Assembly: GCF_006345805.1 (NCBI RefSeq)
Contig: NW_021834777.1
Span: 1-25,934 of the forward strand
DNA from: Octopus sinensis
Taxonomy: Eukaryota
Direction: 5' to 3'
Length of the DNA stretch: 25,934 nt
A program made the translations under genes and the position numbers. The first letter of the stretch is position 1; each line of letters begins with the position of its first letter. This document shows positions 9,650 to 19,148 of the stretch, in pieces. Below the pieces are notes generated by a model, which made no database searches, had not been told where the DNA came from, and saw only the letters and a program-made list of their open reading frames with translations.

Positions 9650-10170
9650 CTAGCAGTATCGCCCGGCGTTGCTCGGGTTTGTAAGGGAAATAACTATATA
9701 GGCATTTTAGAGAGTTACTTCCCTTATATAATAGCAAAAAAATGCATTAAAAATGGAAAAAAAAATTACGGTAATTTTTTTTTAAATCGTTGACTCATCG
9801 TAGACATTTTTAGAGAGTTACTTCCCTTATATAATAGCGAAAAATGCATTAAAATGGAAAAAAATGATGGTAAATTTTTTTTAACGTAGTTCTCAGGGAT
9901 ATTCAGCGTGACACATAGAGTGACAAGGCCGGCCCTTTGAAATACAGGTACAACAGAAACAGGAAGTAAGAGTGAGAGAAAGTTTGTGGTGAAAGAGTAC
10001 AGCAGGGATCACCACCATCCCCTGCCGGAGCCTCGTGGAACTTTTAAGTGTTTTCGCTCAATAAACACTCACAACGCCCGGTCTGGGAATCGAAACCGCG
10101 ATCCTATGACCGCAAGTCCGCTGCCCTAACCACTGGGCCATTGCGCCTCCACGACTTTTATATATAAAGA
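9650..10170 (-). mobile_element. Non-autonomous Helitron (H3), with part of the body replaced by a SINE
   Basis: CTAG and hairpin at 9650-9677; 5' TCTTTATATATAAAAG ending at 10170; SINE at 9883-10152 inside. Confidence 0.78.
9883..10152 (-). mobile_element. SINE family B, tail type 1, 3'-truncated
   Basis: Reverse complement of roughly 4449-4715. Confidence 0.88.
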
Positions 10171-10177
10171 TATTTAC

Positions 10178-10325
10178 ACAAGCGTTGGAATTTCCGGTTG
10201 TCAGCAAAGTCGTTACATTCAGTTGCTGTTTCGTCCTGGTCCAATTTGTTTGATCTCTGCAGTTCCTCATTCCGATGTTTGGTAAGAGCTTTCATGAAGG
10301 CATCTTTCAATTTAGCATCCATGTC
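10178..10325 (-). CDS. Internal coding exon (148 bp) of the same gene
   Basis: Acceptor TTATAATTTCAG|GAC and donor T|GTAAAT. Reads DMDAKLKDAFMKALTKHRNEELQRSNKLDQDETATECNDFADNRKFQRL. Phase 0 in matches the upstream exon; phase 1 out. Confidence 0.85.
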
Positions 10326-10363
10326 CTGAAATTATAATAGAAATCTCAATATTTTATGACATA

Positions 10364-10759
10364 CTTGCAGTATCGCCCGGCGTTGCTCGGGTTTGTAAGG
10401 GAAATAACTATATAAGCATTTTTAGAGAATTCTAGCAAAAAAATAGCAAAAAAATGCACTAAAAATGGAATAAAAATGATAGTAAATTTTTTTTTAATCG
10501 TTGACTCATCGTAGACATTTTTAGAGAGTTACTTCCCTTATATAATAGCGAAAAAATGCATTAAAATGGAAAAAAATTATGGTAATTTTTTTTTTTAATC
10601 GTAGACTCATCGTAGACGCGCGCTAATACCCAGAAGGGCTCGATATGAATCACGACTATAAGATACCCGGTTTTGGTTAAACTGCACCGCAAAATGTGGG
10701 AGTAGCTGGAATCTAAATCGTAGGAGGCAGACACACAACCTCTCTTTTATATATAAAGA
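10364..10759 (-). mobile_element. Non-autonomous Helitron (H4)
   Basis: Full-length homologue of H1. The 3' terminus reads CAAG instead of CTAG. Confidence 0.83.
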
Positions 10760-10761
10760 TA

Positions 10762-10885
10762 AAGGCGGTGAGCAGGAAGAATTGATAGGACACCGGAGTA
10801 AATGCTTAGCGACATTTCGTCTGTTTTTACCTTCTCAGTTCAAATTCCACCGAGGTTAACTTTACCTTTCATCCGGTCTATAAGA
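10762..10885 (+). mobile_element. SINE family C, 5' fragment, diverged
   Basis: AAGGCGGTGAGC...AAATGCTTAGCG...GTTCAAATTCCACCGAGG. Confidence 0.7.
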
Positions 10886-10963
10886 TGAGTAGTAGATGTT
10901 ATTTTATATCCTTGTATTTGAAGCAGTGGAGAAGAAAGTATATACTCGACATACTACTATTAC

Positions 10964-11150
10964 TTATTTCTTTATTGCCCACAAGGAGCTAAATATAGAG
11001 GGGACAAACAAGGACAGACAAACGGATTAAGTCGATTACATCGACCCCAGTGCGTAACTGGTACTTAATTTATCGACCCTGAAAGGATGAAAGGCAAAGT
11101 CGACCTCGGCGGAATTTGAAGTCAGAACGTAGCCGCAGACGAAATACCTA
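10964..11150 (-). mobile_element. SINE family C, 5'-truncated
   Basis: Reverse-complement match to about 6732-6915. Confidence 0.85.
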
Positions 11151-11160
11151 TTTCTTTACT

Positions 11161-11675
11161 TGGGGACTAAATTGAACAGCTCAGGAGAGACCTTGGGCGG
11201 AAACATAAAATCACAGAAAAGAAGGGGGTGAGGGGAAGATGAACTGCAAAGGAAATACAGCACAAGACAGAAAAGACAGAAAAGACTGCTGGTAGTTAAA
11301 GAGAAACTAAGACAAAGAACCAAAGCAATATCGAAAAAGAAAAAAGGCACCAACAAAGAAGAAATCAGTAGCAGAAGAATAGAATCTTTAAGAAGAACGA
11401 AAAAATCCTATAAACAAAAGCGAAGGACAGTGCTGATACAGAAGGACATAGAAAAAAGAGGGGCAACTCAACTGTTATAAACCTATTACGTGCTTACCAT
11501 TACTCTGGAAACCAATAACTGGCTTCACAACAGATGAAGTATATAATTTTCTAGGAAATGAGAATCTATTGCCAGAGGAACAAAAAGCATTTGTAAAGAA
11601 ATCAAGGGGAACAGCTGATCTGCTTCATACAGAAAGCAGAATATTAAATGACGTACGAGTAATGAAGAAGAATAG
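11161..11675 (+). mobile_element. Degenerate R4/Dong-like LINE fragment (N-terminal part of reverse transcriptase)
   Basis: Manual translation with frameshifts: RTVLIQKD...YKPITCLPLLWKPITGFTTDEVYNFLGNENLLPEEQKAFVKKSRGTADLL. Resembles the YRPITCL / LLPEEQKG motifs of R4-clade RT. Confidence 0.75.
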
Positions 11676-11728
11676 AGATAAGAGCAAATTGAAAACCTAG
11701 AATCTATTGAACTTAGCAACCAATATAG

Positions 11729-12160
11729 CTCTTACTCTTTTACTCTTTTACTTGTTTCAGTCATTTGACTGCGGCCTTTAGTCGAGCAACTCGACCCCAG
11801 AGACTTATTCTTTTATAAGCCCAGTACTTATTCTATCGGTCTCTTTTGCCGAACCGCTAAGTGACGGGGACATAAACACACCAGCATCGCTTGTCAAGCG
11901 ATGTTGGGGGGACAAACACAGACATACAAACAAACATGCACATATATATATATATTATATATATATATATATAGATATATATATACACGCATATATACGA
12001 TGGGCTTCTTTCAGTTTCCGTCTACCAAATCCACTCACAAGGCTTTAGTCGGCCCAAGGCTATAGTAGAAGACACTTGCCCAAGGTGCCACGCAGTGGGA
12101 CTGAACCCGGAATCATGTGGTTGGTAAACAAGCTACTTACCACACAGCCACTCCTGCACC
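11729..12160 (-). mobile_element. SINE family A, near full length
   Basis: Head GG.GCAGGAGTGGCTGTGTGGTAAG, central TA/CA microsatellite and GTAAAAGA tail repeats. Confidence 0.9.
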
Positions 12161-12675
12161 ATAGCTGTGCAATTTTTTTAAAGACTTGGGCAGACATTTC
12201 CCACCAGCTTGCCCATACAGGAAAGTATTAGGCACCCGGTGAAACTATCCTGCTCCACATCACCTAATGTTGTCTAGTACATAGCTGGATTCAACAATAG
12301 AAAACTATGCAGCCCGTTCCCTTCTCCTGGGATCCCTAAATTAAATAATAGCATCAACCCACCTGGATTTGATACTCGAAGTAATAATATACAACGGGAA
12401 GTGGTTGCCTTCTGTAATTGTAAAAATAAATCCGTGTGCGCTAAACGGTTATTGCCTTCGTAACAATGTATTATATAAATGTTCCGTACATGTTCTGTAT
12501 AGGCATAGGAGTGGCTGTGTGGTAAGTAGCTTGTCTACCAGCCACATGGTTCCGGGTTCAGTTCCACTGCCTGGCACCTTGGGCAAGTGTCTTCTACTAT
12601 AGTCTCGGGCCGACCAAAGCCTTGTGAGTGGATTTGGTAGACGGAAACTGAAAGAAGCCCGTCGTATATATATAT

Positions 12676-12785
12676 CCTGCTCGCTTAGCCAGCGGGGTGG
12701 CATCATTTGAAGGCTAAAACAATGCAAAACGCATTGTGACCAGCGATGTGGAGCAACATCTGATAGCCTGGTCGGTCACGGTGAT
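12676..12785 (+). mobile_element. SINE family B tail type 2 fragment
   Basis: CCTGCTCGCTTAGCCAGC...GGTCGGTCACGGTGAT, as at 7961-8075. Confidence 0.8.
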
Positions 12786-12793
12786 ATATATAT

Positions 12794-13270
12794 ACTCTTT
12801 ACTATTTTACTCTTTTACTTGTTTCAGTCATTTGACTGCGGCCATGCTGGGGCACCGCCTTTAGTCGAGCAAATCGACCCCGGGACTTATTCTTTGTAAG
12901 CCCAGTACTTATTCTATGGGTCTCTTTTGCCGAACCGCTAAGTGACGGGGACGTAAACCACACCAGCATCGGTTGTCAAGCAATGCTAGGGGAGACAAAC
13001 ACAGACACACAACACACACACACACACACACATATATAATATATTATATATATTATATATATATATATATAATATATATAATATATATATATATATATAC
13101 ATATATACGACAGGCTTCTTTCAGTTTCCGTCTATCAAATCCACTCACAAGGCATTGGTCGGCCCGGGGCTATAGCAGAAGACACTTGCCCAAGATGCCA
13201 CACAGTGGGACTGAACCCGGAACATGTGGTTGGTAAGCAAGCTACTTACCACACATGCCACTCCTGCGCC
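12794..13270 (-). mobile_element. SINE family A, full length
   Basis: Reverse complement of the copy at 18270. Confidence 0.9.
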
Positions 13271-13278
13271 TATATATA

Positions 13279-13327
<49 letters not shown>

Positions 13328-13359
13328 ATTATATATAATATATATATTATATATATATA

Positions 13360-13527
13360 CATATATACGACATTCTTTCAGTTTCCGTCTATCAAATCCA
13401 CTCACAGGCATTGGTCGGCCCGGGGCTATAGCAGAAGACACTTGCCAAGAATGCCACACAGGGGGACTGAACCCGGAACCATGTGGTTGGTAAGCAAGCT
13501 ACTTACCACACATGCCACTCCTGCGCC
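13360..13527 (-). mobile_element. SINE family A 5' half, tandem duplicate of 13100-13270
   Basis: Shares private variants with the neighbour (GTCTATCAAAT, CACACATGCCACTCC). Confidence 0.8.
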
Positions 13528-13955
13528 TATATATATATATATATATACATATATAGATATATATATATATATCTATATATATATGTGTATGTATGTATGT
13601 GTGTGTATATATTGTGTGTCTGCGTTTGTCCTTCCAACATTTCTTGACAACCGATGCTGGTGTGTTTACTTAGTGTGTCACTTAGCAGTTCGGCAAAAAG
13701 AGACCGATAGAATAAGTACTAGGCTTACAAAGAATAAGTCCTGGGGTCGATTTGCTCGACTAAAGGCGGTGCTCCAGCATGGCCACAGTCACATGACTGA
13801 AACAAGTAAAAAATAAAGTAAGTATGCATTAGGAAATGATATGTTTACATTGGGGTTACCATGTAAGGATATAGTATCAGCAGATACATGCAGTTCTAAG
13901 GATAGAAATAAAGCGACCTTTACATTTTTAGCTAGTTTTCTCTGGATAACGTAAA

Positions 13956-14287
13956 GTATACTAGCCATCTCAATATGGCTAACCACTAAGGGTGGGTGTT
14001 ACTGTAGCTTTTTAGCCCTAGGAGATCATCGTCTCCAGCTGGCTTTAGGCACACTTTCTGTGCTCTTATGATATTTGCAAAGGGAGGTCACCCCCCTCGT
14101 AAACCTAAGTGAAACTGCAGTCCATGCGTATCACTTAGGTTTACGAGAGGGGTGACCTCCTTTTGCAAATATCATAAGAGCACAGACATTGTGTCTAAAG
14201 CCAGCTGGAGACGATGTTCTCCTGGGCCTAAAAAGCTACAGTAACACCCACCCTTAGTGGTTAGCCGTATTGAGATGGCAAGTATAC
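13956..14287. repeat. Long inverted repeat (157-bp arms, 18-nt loop); foldback/MITE-like
   Basis: 13956-14112 versus 14131-14287, ungapped, about 10 mismatches by manual count. Confidence 0.95.
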
Positions 14288-14877
14288 CTCACATTGTCGA
14301 GCAGTTATTGTTTACATCTCGCTCAGAGATTTATTATTGCTTTCTCCGGATACTTACTGATAAAGGAATCTAGTACAAAACTGCATGATTCTTTATACGC
14401 AAGACACAACCGCACAAAGGTAGTAACAGTGTTTGTAATTTGTGCATAACGAGAGCCTATGAAACAATTAAGTGCAAAATCTAATATTATCAACCAAAGA
14501 TGTAACGTAATAATAAACTGCGCCCATTTGTACCCCGTAGCATTCCTACACAATACAAAAAATTAATATGGTAGCGTCATCTAAATAACTGATTAAGATT
14601 ACTATAACTGGAAACCTAAGTATAACTTATCATTGATGCTATACCCACTGTCTTCATTTCCAGGCATCTACTCTTTTCACTAATCCTAATCCAACTGAAC
14701 AACTTCGATCAGCAGTTTAGCATTAGCCTGACAGAATAATTATATGTATAGATTTTAAGTTGTTGCATATCTTTAATCTTTGATATATCAACTAAGTTAA
14801 CTATAGATATTTCAGATAAATCTATTACACAATCTCCATTCTGTACCGTTAACCCGCCTTATACTTTTAGTGTATAC

Positions 14878-15280
14878 TCTTTTACTTGTTTCAGTCATTT
14901 GACTGCGGCCATGCTGGAGCACCACCTTTAATCGAGCAACTCGACCCCGGGACTTATTCTTTTGTAAGCCCAGTACTTATTCTATCGGTCTCTTTTGCCG
15001 AACCGCTAAGTAACAGGGACATAAACACACCAGCATCGGTTGTCAAGCAATGCTAGGGGGACAAACACAGACACACAAACACACACACGCATATATATAT
15101 ATATATATACATATATACGACGGGCTTCTTTCAGTTTCCGTCTACCAAATCCACTCACAAGGCTTTGGTCGGCCCGAGGCTATAGTAGAAGACACTTGTC
15201 CAAGGTGCCACGCAGTGGGACTGAACCCGGAACCATGAGGTTGGTAAACAAGCTACTTACCACACAGCCACTCCTGCGCC
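14878..15280 (-). mobile_element. SINE family A, full length
   Basis: Same structure as the other family A copies. Confidence 0.9.
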
Positions 15281-15283
15281 TAT

Positions 15284-15519
15284 ACCTATTTCTTTACAAC
15301 CCACACGGGGCTAAACACAGAGGGGACAAACAAGGACAGACAAACGGATTCAGTCGATTATATCGACCCCAGTGCGTAACTGGTACTTAATTTATCGGCC
15401 CCGAAAGGATGAAAGGCAAATTCGACCTCGGCGGAATTTGAACTCAGAACGTAGCGGCAGACGAAATACCGCTAAGCATTTCGCCCGGCGTGCTAACGTT
15501 TCTGCCAGCTCGCCGCCTT
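15284..15519 (-). mobile_element. SINE family C, full length
   Basis: Reverse complement of 6684-6915. Confidence 0.9.
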
Positions 15520-15924
15520 TTAGTGTATACCACTAGCATATAATCTATTGCTTGAATAATGCTAACAATTTTTTGATTGATCCTAGATTTTATTTCCTGT
15601 ACTTCACCCTTCCTTATTTATTCAATTACTGTTTGTTTGTTTATCCAGATACTTTTAGCTCTTTGTTTCCACTTTACATATTTTGACTTTACTGACTTTA
15701 TCTACTGCTTCTTTCTCTGAATTTGTAATGTCCTATGGTCTTTGGTCCCTTAAAGCAAATCATAAATGGAAACATACTGTATACATGCTGTGGATATATA
15801 GAGAGTCAGCTTACTCTTTGTAGCAGAGTTGATGTTTTCAACTACTGTGAATCGTTCCGAGGATTAGTCTGTTAACTCCCTTCTATGCACCATTTTGTAT
15901 ATGGGTGCACGTATATATATAATT

Positions 15925-16176
15925 AATAAATGCGCCCTTTTAAAGCCTAGCCAGGCTCATGGTCCTGGTTTCCCGGTTTCAATGGCGTATGTGTTCCCCA
16001 GCTGGACGAAACGCCAGTCCATCACATCATTACTCATTTTTGCCAGCTGAGTGGACTGGAGCAACGTGAAATGAAGTGTTTTGCTCAGGAACACAATGCG
16101 TCACCCGGTCCAGGAATCGAAACCACAATCTTACGATCATGAGCCCAACACCCTAACCACTAAGCCACAAGCCTCC
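15925..16176 (-). mobile_element. SINE family D, full length
   Basis: A box TGGCTTAGTGG, B box GTTTCGATTCC and a CORE-like CTGAGCAAAACACTT segment. Its tail is shared with family B type 3. Confidence 0.82.
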
Positions 16177-16177
16177 G

Positions 16178-16268
16178 ACACACACACACACAACACACAC
16201 ACATATATACATATACATATATATATATATGTTGTGTGTGTGTGTGGGTGTATATATATACACACATA

Positions 16269-16324
<56 letters not shown>
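16178..16324. repeat. (CA)n/(TA)n compound microsatellite
   Basis: Directly visible. Confidence 0.95.
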
Positions 16325-16328
<4 letters not shown>

Positions 16329-16422
16329 ATCCAAACAAGAAAGCACAAAAAAACACAACAAAGCGAGGACGGGGAACAAATATAGTATTATTGGACGCTC
16401 AGGAAAGAAGGAAAGAAGGAGG

Positions 16423-16457
16423 GTTTAACGTTTCGAGTGGGGCTCTTCGTCGGAAAC
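16423..16457 (-). ncRNA. Minimal type I hammerhead-ribozyme-like motif (U4C core variant) in a probable Penelope-like repeat (~16325-16535)
   Basis: Minus strand GTTT-CCGACGA-A-GAG-CCCCA-CTC-GAAACGTT-AAAC: stem I GTTT/AAAC, stem II GAG/CTC, palindromic minimal stem III. Confidence 0.5.
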
Positions 16458-16581
16458 ATAGGAGAAGGAAAGATCCAGAGAACGGAAGACAGAAGGAAAA
16501 AAAATCGATAACGGTACACACGAGGTCACATTTTGAAAGACCGGAAGGATACACACATATATATGCCAGACAAACTCTTAC

Positions 16582-17527
16582 CTTGTCAAAAATTCGCTGG
16601 AGTTGAATGTTGTCTACATTGTGTAGTTGTTCCATGCAACAAAGCTGTATAATCACTTTCTTCTGGTTTCCGTCGCTTGGCTCCTGACGCTGTTGTTGAG
16701 ATTGTTGTTGCTGTTGTTGTGGTTCTCTTGAAGGGATATCAGGGCTTCCATCAACTACGTCGTCTTCGTAGGATTTCGAGTCGTTTGCCTTATAATCGTC
16801 AAATATAGTCATGCTGTTTCTTCTCCTACTGGCCAGATTTTCACTGGACCCACTATCGCAGTCGCTGTCATCGTCGTCCACGTCGTTGTCGTCGTTGTCG
16901 ATGATGCCTTCATTCTCTTTCGTTCCACTGTTCCGAGTATTCTTTGTGCAGTAATGGTGTGGGACACACTCTAGAGTAACTTCCTGAATATCATCCGGCA
17001 AAGTGTACATGGCTCGGGGACCTGTCGAATCGGTGGGTATACTGGCGTCTTCGTCTTTATCTTTGCTGAAGGAGACATTTTTTGGAAGAGAACTTGGACA
17101 TGGAGGAGGAGGAGGATTATCAACACTAGACGAAACAGAACAAGTGGCGAAAGTAATTTCACTACTACCACCACCGACACCACCACTACCACTACTAATA
17201 CTACTACAACTACTAACGGTATTAACAGTGGAAACTGCAACACCAGTAAGTGTGGCAGAACCAGTGGACTGGGCTACAGAGATGGTGGTGAATGAGTTAG
17301 AACTAGTTTCACTGAAACCCTCAGAGCCAGGGCTGGGAGCGTTGTCCAGGGCAAGGGGTAGGCTGACTGCAGTCCGAGCTAATTCCACAGGGTTAACAGG
17401 GTTAGTGTCGGGCGACTCCTGGCGCACAGGCCAACCCAGTTTCTTCCATTGCTCTCGTTCATTGTTGAAACATCTTTCTAGCTCACGAATCTTCCTTTGT
17501 AAATCTTCCATATATTCAGAACGTAAC
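16582..17527 (-). CDS. Internal coding exon (946 bp) of an unidentified coiled-coil / Ser-Asp-Gln low-complexity protein
   Basis: Acceptor TTATTGTTGTAG|G (AG at 17529-17528) and donor AAG|GTAAG (GT at 16581-16580). Open frame LRSEYMEDLQRKIRELERCF...NIQLQRIFDK lies within ORF 16399..17511. Phase 2 in, phase 0 out. Confidence 0.9.
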
Positions 17528-17747
17528 CTACAACAATAATAGAACCAAGATTACACTAGGGTGGACGTAGAAGAAAGGTTTGAGGGATAGAGAAGGTGGA
17601 AAGAGAAGGAGGAGAGCATTTGATGTAGGGAAGGGTGCGGGGCAGAAGAGAGAGAGAGACGAAGAAATGGAAAATAGATACAGAAGCTGGGGCAGAGAGA
17701 GGGAGAAGAAATAGACAGGCAACAGGATAGAGAGTGGGGAAAATAAT

Positions 17748-17787
17748 AGACAGACAGACAGATAAACAGATAGATAGACAGACAGAC

Positions 17788-17840
<53 letters not shown>

Positions 17841-17843
17841 TCC

Positions 17844-17881
<38 letters not shown>

Positions 17882-17899
17882 GCAGGCAGGCAGACAGAC

Positions 17900-17972
<73 letters not shown>
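17748..17972 (+). repeat. (GATA/GACA)n microsatellite
   Basis: Directly visible. Confidence 0.97.
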
Positions 17973-17973
<1 letters not shown>

Positions 17974-18269
17974 GTGACAGACGCTGTTTAAAAGGGAAAA
18001 GAGAAAAAGAATAAGAAAATGCTGCGAAAGAGAAGGCAAGAGGAAATAGATTGAATAGAAAAGCTGAAATGGAAACTGCATTGAAACTTTCATTGTTTAA
18101 TCTGAAATAACTCATTATCACATCCGCCTCAACATATCGAGAGAAAGCAGCAGGAGGCCACTTATTTAAATGGGAACAATTGTGTAACCAGACGCCAAGT
18201 CATTTACATAATGGTACAAGATAAAAATTATTAAAGACAAGGCAAAGTTATGTTATGAATAAATGTATA

Positions 18270-18670
18270 GGCGCAGGAGTGGCTGTGTGGTAAGTAGCTT
18301 TGCTAACCAACCACATGGTTCCGGGTTCAGTCCCACTGCGTGGCATCTTGGGCAAGTGTCTTCTGCTATAGCCCCGGGCCGACCAATGCCTTGTGAGTGG
18401 ATTTGGTAGACGGAAACTGAAAGAAGCCTGTCGTATATATGTGTATATATATATATATGTATGTATGTGTGTCTGAGTTTGTCCCCCTAGCATTGCTTGA
18501 CAACCGATGCTGGTGTGTTTACGTCCCCGTAACTTAGCGGTTCGGCAAAAGAAACTGATAGAATAAGTACTGGGCTTACAAAGAATAAGTCCCGGGGCCG
18601 ATTTGCTCGACTAAAAGGCGGTTGCACCAGCATGGCCGCAGTCAAATGACTGAAACAAGTAAAAGAGAGA
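18270..18670 (+). mobile_element. SINE family A, full length
   Basis: A box TGGCTGTGTGG, B box GGTTCAGTCCC, CTTGGGCAAGTG segment, central microsatellite and tail. Confidence 0.92.
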
Positions 18671-19052
18671 GAAAGAGATATATACAGCCATGTGTGTATG
18701 CATCAGTGTGTGTGTGTGCGCGCGCGCGTAAATATATATACATGAATTGATTTCTATATACATGGATACACACACACAAACACGCGTATATGTGTGTGTG
18801 TGTGTGTGTGTATAAATGCGTGTATGTATGCATGTGTGTAGATGTGCTTATATGATGTCTAGGAAAGAAAGAAAGAAGGGATAGTTAAAAGCAAAAGCCA
18901 GTTTGCTTGTGAAACAAAAAAAAAACGATAAAAGCGCAGAACGTCATATATTCTCGGCCGCCATTGTTATCCGCCATAAGTCATTACAAAATGTTTAACA
19001 ACACAAGTTTTACACAAATTTCAATTTAACGCATGAACTATTTTCTGCAGTA

Positions 19053-19054
<2 letters not shown>

Positions 19055-19124
<70 letters not shown>

Positions 19125-19148
19125 TCTCTCTCTCTCTCTCTCTCTCTT
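19055..19148 (+). repeat. (CT)n microsatellite
   Basis: Directly visible. Confidence 0.97.

Larger units (their letters stand above)
12502..13812 (+). mobile_element. SINE family A split into a 5' half (12502-12675) and a 3' half (13610-13812) by nested inserts
   Basis: Both halves are on the plus strand and break at the central TA tract; together they make one element. Confidence 0.65.

Noticed and set aside
16399-16581. C-terminal part of the 370-aa ORF (VRVCLAY...)
   Set aside because: It lies beyond the GTAAG donor and runs into a repeat; it is intronic.
16971-17539. Overlapping ORFs 16971..17243(-) and 17003..17539(+)
   Set aside because: Shadow frames of the real low-complexity exon; no independent support.
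17528-18121. Long ORFs containing IYLS repeats (also 8715..9125 and 23025..23408)
   Set aside because: Stop-free translations of (GATA)n tracts.
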